Positions 59,572 to 64,000 of a stretch of 64,000 nucleotides of DNA are shown piece by piece. The DNA is taken from contig CAMSQA010000005.1 of the NCBI GenBank assembly GCA_947062475.1, positions 2,013-66,012 of the forward strand, given 5' to 3'. Each line of letters opens with the position of its first letter. Positions within the stretch are counted from its first letter, which is position 1. The DNA comes from an uncultured Clostridia bacterium (lineage in GTDB: Bacteria; Bacillota; Clostridia; Christensenellales; UBA1242). A model generated the notes under the pieces. It worked only from the letters and a program-made list of their open reading frames with translations, searched no databases and was not told the origin of the DNA. Position numbers and translations under genes: made by a program.

Positions 59572-60819
59572 TTATTGTGGGATTCTTCCTAGATCAACAT
59601 TGTCAACTTTTCTTGAACGCAATGTTTTTATAGGATGTTCAGAATCTTGAACACGATAATCTTGTCTAAATTTTTTAATATGGTCGTTTATTACCTTGTG
59701 AGAAGGCATTTTTTCTACATTTTTGATAAATTTGTGTTGATAAACGAAGAAGTCAGCTTTTTCAGGTAATTTTTTGATATTGATATAACTTTCTCGATCT
59801 TCTGTGTTGTTGACAGTTTTTGCAATAATTTCTCTTATATAATCTTTTTGTGGTTTGAAGTTGATAAGTTCTGGAAATTCACCAACAGGAATTACCTGTT
59901 GCCAATCTTTTTTCTCATATTTTTGCAATAGTTTTACAGCTTCATGAAGATGAGCAAGTTCTTGTTCATAACACATCAACCAAATTTGTTTTATTTTTTC
60001 GTCAACTTCATCATTAAGCATTGAATAATATAGATAACATTCGATATATTCATGCATTAAAAGTTCTTCGAAAGGTGTTGCATTAGGGTCGATAAGAGAA
60101 CCATATTCTGTGACATGTTCCTCTTCCACCATCGCAATTTCACTGTAAATTTCTCGACCAACTTTATTTTTGTAGAATGCACCTAGGTTCATATAATAGT
60201 TCATAGTTTGTTGTTCAGCAGCAGTGATTATAGAGACATCACACATTGCCAGTGGGTCTGCAGTCTTGTTGCAGATATGATGTTTGACAGTGTCATAAGG
60301 ATGACGAGGATGAGCAACTGTTGGTCTTGCGGGCATGATTTCAGTATAACTGCCTACATACTTTTCAGCATGTTCGCCCATGTCTGTTTCAAGCAAATTG
60401 GCATATCTATAAAGATGGTCAAAATCCTCAAGAAGGGCAAAGTCCAGTGCATTTTTTACATTTTTGTCAGTCTGTCTGCGTGCCAAAAGTGCAGTCAAAT
60501 CAACTGCAAGTTGCTCATATCCAATTGTTGTTTGCAAAATATTTTCATCAGCTGGTTTTAGTGCGGCGATGACTTTTTGTTGCTGTTGCTCAAGCCTTCG
60601 CATAAGAGCGACTCTTCTTCTTGCATCATTGTCAGGGCAGTGTCTGTTGAAGTGATGTTTCGACCAAACAGCTTCATATTCAGTGCCATTCATTAAGATG
60701 CATCGCACTCTTGTATAAGGGTCAACTTCATTTTTGTTGTAAGGTTTTGGTGAAAGCATTTTCATACTCATGATTGTGCTTTCAATTCTTTTTGGTTTTT
60801 CTAAAAAGGGATTAATCAT
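59572..60819 (-). CDS. Ferritin-like (di-iron carboxylate type) protein, 415 aa, unknown function
   Basis: Four E/ExxH-type helices are present: ALLEDFDHLYR, ITAAEQQTMNYY, AMVEEEHVTEYG and CYEQELAHLHE. A GGAGG SD is present. There is no signal peptide or TM segment. Confidence 0.7.
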   Translation of the reverse strand: MINPFLEKPKRIESTIMSMKMLSPKPYNKNEVDPYTRVRCILMNGTEYEAVWSKHHFNRHCPDNDARRRVALMRRLEQQQQKVIAALKPADENILQTTIGYEQLAVDLTALLARRQTDKNVKNALDFALLEDFDHLYRYANLLETDMGEHAEKYVGSYTEIMPARPTVAHPRHPYDTVKHHICNKTADPLAMCDVSIITAAEQQTMNYYMNLGAFYKNKVGREIYSEIAMVEEEHVTEYGSLIDPNATPFEELLMHEYIECYLYYSMLNDEVDEKIKQIWLMCYEQELAHLHEAVKLLQKYEKKDWQQVIPVGEFPELINFKPQKDYIREIIAKTVNNTEDRESYINIKKLPEKADFFVYQHKFIKNVEKMPSHKVINDHIKKFRQDYRVQDSEHPIKTLRSRKVDNVDLGRIPQ

Positions 60820-60946
60820 GTTTTTCCTCCATATATAATGATAACCATTTTATATAAAAACATACTTAAAGTTGAAGCTAGAGCGATAAAAATTTAATTT
60901 TTTTATTAGCTTAAATGTCCATTTTAAAAATTATCTATTCATTTCA

Positions 60947-60975
60947 TTGAGCAAATGCAATGTTTGTGGTATAAT
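60947..60975 (+). promoter_or_regulatory. Consensus promoter abutting the U32 gene start (leaderless geometry)
   Basis: TTGAGC (60947..60952), a 17-nt spacer ending in TGG, TATAAT (60970..60975), then AAAATT and an in-frame ATG at 60982. Confidence 0.55.
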
Positions 60976-60981
60976 AAAATT

Positions 60982-63219
60982 ATGTTGAAAAATAAAAATG
61001 AAAAAGCTAAAATAATAGATGAAAATATGATGACAAAAAGCTTTGATGAAAAAAAGATTAAACAGATAGAATTGCTTGCACCTGTAGGGAATATGCAAAG
61101 TTTGATGGCTGCAATAAATGGTGGTGCTGATGCTGTTTATCTTGGTCTAAGTAATTTTAATGCAAGAAACAACATAGAAAATTTCACTATAGAAAACTTG
61201 AAAGAGGGAGTGGATAAAGCTCATCTTTTTGGTGTGAAAGTTTATTTGGCACTCAATATTCTTTTCAAAGATGATGAAGTGAAAGATGTTTTGGATATGG
61301 TTAGGTTTGCTATAAAATGCAAAGTTGATGCTTTTATTGTTCAAGATATTGGGATTTCGAATTTGTTAAGTAAAAATTTTAAGGGGATAGAACTTCATGC
61401 AAGCACCCAAATGGGACTACATAATTTAGAGGGGGCTAAGTTTGCAGAGAAACTGGGTTTTAAAAGAATAGTTCTTTCAAGAGAGACACCACTAAGTGAA
61501 ATTAAAAGAATAAAAGAAGGCACAAATCTTGAAATAGAATATTTTGTGCAAGGTGCACTTTGTGTTGGCTTTTCAGGAAATTGTTATTTATGTTCGCTTC
61601 TTGCAGGCGCAAGTGGAAATCGCGGAAAATGCAAACAGTTTTGTCGTTTGAAATATAAAATTAATGGTTCAGCTGAAGGATATTATCTCAGCACAAAGGA
61701 CTTTTGCATGCTGCCTAGTTTGAAAGAAATGATTGAAAGCGGCGTAATGAGTTTGAAAATTGAGGGTAGAGCCAGAAGACCTGCTTATGTCGCTGCTGCC
61801 GTGCAAACTTATCGAAAGGCAATTGATAACAACTTTAATTTTGAAAATCAAGATGTAGAAAATCTTAAAAAAGTTTTCAATCGAGGTGATTTTATATCAG
61901 GTTATTTTAAAGGCGAAAAGATAATTTACAGTAATGCACAAAACCATATCGGAATTGAAATTGGAAAGATTGTAAGTTTTAAATCAGGTAAAAGGTTCAA
62001 CGAGATTGTAGTTTACTCATCTCATAAACTACTTAAAGGTGACACCATTAAACTATTTGAAAATGAAAGGGAAATTGCAACAATCAGTCCTGTTGATATC
62101 AAAACAATTGGAGAAAATAAATATCTTTTTACAACAACGTCAATTGCAAAGAAAGGACAATCGCTCAGACTTATTGTTGATGGCAAGTTTGAAGAAACAC
62201 TTTTAAAAAAGCAAAGAAAGCTTGAATTTGATGTTGAATTTCAAGCAAAAGATAATCTTGTTTTAATGGTTAAATTATTGGCAAAAAATTTAGAAATTGA
62301 AGAGACATTTAAAAATCTTTTGTCGCCAGCAAAATCACAGCCTCTTTCAGAAAACGATGTATTGCAATCTTTTAATAAGTGTGGAGACGAATTTAAACTG
62401 CATTCTTTAAAATGTGAACTAGATAATGTTTTTTTAAGAAAAAGTGATCTTAATGAAATAAGAAGAGTTATGCTTGAAAAGTTACGAAAAAAATTAATTC
62501 AAGCAAATGAGAAAAAGGAAGAAGTTATTGAAAAAAATAATTTGACGATTTCGACACAAAATGCACCAAAAAATCAGAAAAAAATTGTATTTTTCAATGA
62601 TTTAAACAAAATTAAGCATATTTCAGAGGAAAAACTCGAAAATTTTGAATATTTTGTTTATTCGCCTTCATTGTATTCGATTGAAAATGTAAAAGCTGTT
62701 TATCAGTATTTTTATAATAAAAAACTATATCTTGATATGCCTATTATTGCAACTTGTGAAGATATAACCATCTTAAAATCAATCTTAAATGATTTGCCTG
62801 ATTTGGGAATTTATGCAACAAATTATTATGCATTGACACTCAGAAAACCAGATAAAACTATTATTGGCAGTGAAATGAACGTTGTAAATAGTTATGCAAT
62901 CGATTTTTTTACCCAAAATGGATATGAAAATATAGTTATATCAAAAGAAGATTTTAATTTTCAAGATATCTTAGCTGTAAAAACACAACTTTTTATTGAT
63001 AAAAGAAAACCTAATCTTATTTATTTCAAACATTGTCCTATAAAAGAACATTTTGGTGGAAGTTGTGCCGATTGTAAATATAGAGATAATATAAAATATA
63101 CTTTAGGAAATGAGAGCTTTAAGCTTCAACGTAAAAAGGTAGTCAATTGTCATTTCTATCTAAAAAGAGAAAAAGTCAACCCTCGCAAAGGTGACTTTGG
63201 TGAAGTAATCGAAATTTAA
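60982..63219 (+). CDS. U32 family protein (collagenase-like peptidase / O2-independent hydroxylase family), long form
   Basis: IELLAPVGNMQSLMAAINGGADAVYLGLSNFNARN is the U32 N-terminal barrel signature. The Cys cluster CVGFSGNCYLCS ... CKQFC is present. The track start at 60955 lies inside the promoter. No SD precedes any candidate ATG, so the start is uncertain (60982 or 61027). Confidence 0.85.
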   Translation: MLKNKNEKAKIIDENMMTKSFDEKKIKQIELLAPVGNMQSLMAAINGGADAVYLGLSNFNARNNIENFTIENLKEGVDKAHLFGVKVYLALNILFKDDEVKDVLDMVRFAIKCKVDAFIVQDIGISNLLSKNFKGIELHASTQMGLHNLEGAKFAEKLGFKRIVLSRETPLSEIKRIKEGTNLEIEYFVQGALCVGFSGNCYLCSLLAGASGNRGKCKQFCRLKYKINGSAEGYYLSTKDFCMLPSLKEMIESGVMSLKIEGRARRPAYVAAAVQTYRKAIDNNFNFENQDVENLKKVFNRGDFISGYFKGEKIIYSNAQNHIGIEIGKIVSFKSGKRFNEIVVYSSHKLLKGDTIKLFENEREIATISPVDIKTIGENKYLFTTTSIAKKGQSLRLIVDGKFEETLLKKQRKLEFDVEFQAKDNLVLMVKLLAKNLEIEETFKNLLSPAKSQPLSENDVLQSFNKCGDEFKLHSLKCELDNVFLRKSDLNEIRRVMLEKLRKKLIQANEKKEEVIEKNNLTISTQNAPKNQKKIVFFNDLNKIKHISEEKLENFEYFVYSPSLYSIENVKAVYQYFYNKKLYLDMPIIATCEDITILKSILNDLPDLGIYATNYYALTLRKPDKTIIGSEMNVVNSYAIDFFTQNGYENIVISKEDFNFQDILAVKTQLFIDKRKPNLIYFKHCPIKEHFGGSCADCKYRDNIKYTLGNESFKLQRKKVVNCHFYLKREKVNPRKGDFGEVIEI

Positions 63220-63325
63220 ACAAAATATGAAAGTTTAATGGAAATACAATAAAATTAAATTAAAATTATTAAAAATTACATAAAAACCTTCAAAAACGCA
63301 CATATTTTCTTTTGGAGGGATATTT

Positions 63326-63925
63326 ATGAAATTGAAATCAAGTAAAACTTATTCAAACTTAGCTAGAGCTTGGGCGGCTGAATGTCAAGCCAGAACAAGA
63401 TATGAATTTGTAGAATATGGGCTTAGATATAATGGCTTTGAGGCCCTTGCTCAAATTGTTGATACAATTGCTTATCAAGAATTTAATCATGCAAGAATGC
63501 TCTATACATTCATTCAAGATGCTGATCAAAAGGAAATATCAAACATTGATATAAATGCAGGATTTCCTTTTAAGGAAAAATGGAACATGGAGGAAAATTT
63601 AAGGCTTCTTGCTGAAGATGAACTTTTAGAAGCTGAGGCTTATGAAGAATTTGCAAAGGTTGCAGATAAAGAGGGTTTTAAAGATGTCGCTAAACTTTTT
63701 AGAATGATTGGAGAAGTTGAAATAAGACATAAAAACCTATTTGAAAATCTTTATCAGCAATTTAAAAGCAAACAGCTTTATAAAAAACCTGAAAAGAAAA
63801 TGTGGATTTGCCCAAATTGTGGTTATATCTCTTTTGAAGAAGAAGCATGGGATACTTGTCCACTTTGTCAGGCAGAACAGGGTGTATGTCAGGTGATTTT
63901 GCCAGAAGAACTCAAATGTTGGTAA
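63326..63925 (+). CDS. Rubrerythrin (ferritin-like domain plus C-terminal rubredoxin-like CxxC...CxxC)
   Basis: NLARAWAAECQARTRYEF, YQEFNHARM and EVEIRH form the di-iron helices. The C-terminus is CPNCGY ... CPLCQ. A GGAGGG SD is present. Confidence 0.9.
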   Translation: MKLKSSKTYSNLARAWAAECQARTRYEFVEYGLRYNGFEALAQIVDTIAYQEFNHARMLYTFIQDADQKEISNIDINAGFPFKEKWNMEENLRLLAEDELLEAEAYEEFAKVADKEGFKDVAKLFRMIGEVEIRHKNLFENLYQQFKSKQLYKKPEKKMWICPNCGYISFEEEAWDTCPLCQAEQGVCQVILPEELKCW

Positions 63926-64000
63926 ACTGATAAATTTAACAAGAAATAAAGTTTTATTATCAGTAAAAGTGATGAAAGAGAGGACAAAAATGTTCTCTTT

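Noticed and set aside
1-64000. A mobile element or genomic island explanation for the giant genes.
   Set aside because: There are no transposase, integrase, recombinase or phage genes, no tRNA attachment site and no flanking inverted or direct repeats. Composition looks uniform with the neighbouring housekeeping genes.
63990-64000. A possible new gene start (ATG at 63990, 7 nt after GAGAGG) at the right edge of the window.
   Set aside because: Only 11 nt of coding sequence fall inside the window, which is too little to call.

Overview
This is a visibly AT-rich bacterial chromosomal segment, roughly 30% G+C by eye (not computed), read with the standard genetic code. The gene content points to an anaerobic, wall-bearing, low-GC Bacillota-type organism. 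The evidence is nrdDG, rubrerythrin, a T-box leader on glyQS, a class B PBP with a PASTA domain, and clear SD sites.

Most genes are ordinary housekeeping genes:
- Metabolism and tRNA modification: gpmI (partial) and a TtcA-like PP-loop ATPase.
- DNA repair: uvrB and uvrA.
- Translation: metG, glyQS and an ABC-F ATPase.
- Nucleotide reduction: nrdD and nrdG.
- Division and wall: rsmH, an FtsL-position protein and an FtsI/PBP2B-type PBP.
- Membrane and proteolysis: two YugP-type Zn-peptidases and cardiolipin synthase.
- Other: a U32 family protein and rubrerythrin.

The outstanding content is two giant envelope genes that together occupy about 46% of the window.
- The first (2473..21303, 6,276 aa) is a lipoprotein. 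It is built from Ig-like segments plus about twenty GLUG-type G-G-[ILV]-x-G turns behind FDGNGxTI-type module heads.
- The second (47590..58032, 3,480 aa) is anchored by an N-terminal TM helix and has no motif I can recognise.
- Each has its own near-consensus sigma-70 promoter.

Secondary observations:
- Three recent in-frame tandem duplications lie inside giant gene 1.
- An XRE regulator with an operator-like palindrome cluster sits just upstream of giant gene 1.
- A divergent pair of paralogous tail-anchored proteins abuts its stop codon.
- A 230-nt spacer with only 12 G/C separates uvrB from uvrA.
- Several promoters place the start codon exactly 7 nt after the -10 box, which suggests leaderless mRNAs.
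- An 846-aa CvpA-like membrane protein occupies the position where mraZ normally heads the dcw cluster.
- The ABC-F protein has one coherently degenerate ATP site.
- Three orphan proteins (603, 415 and 194 aa) are present.

No rRNA, tRNA, CRISPR array, transposase or integrase was seen. All family names come from motif recognition by eye, because no database search was possible.
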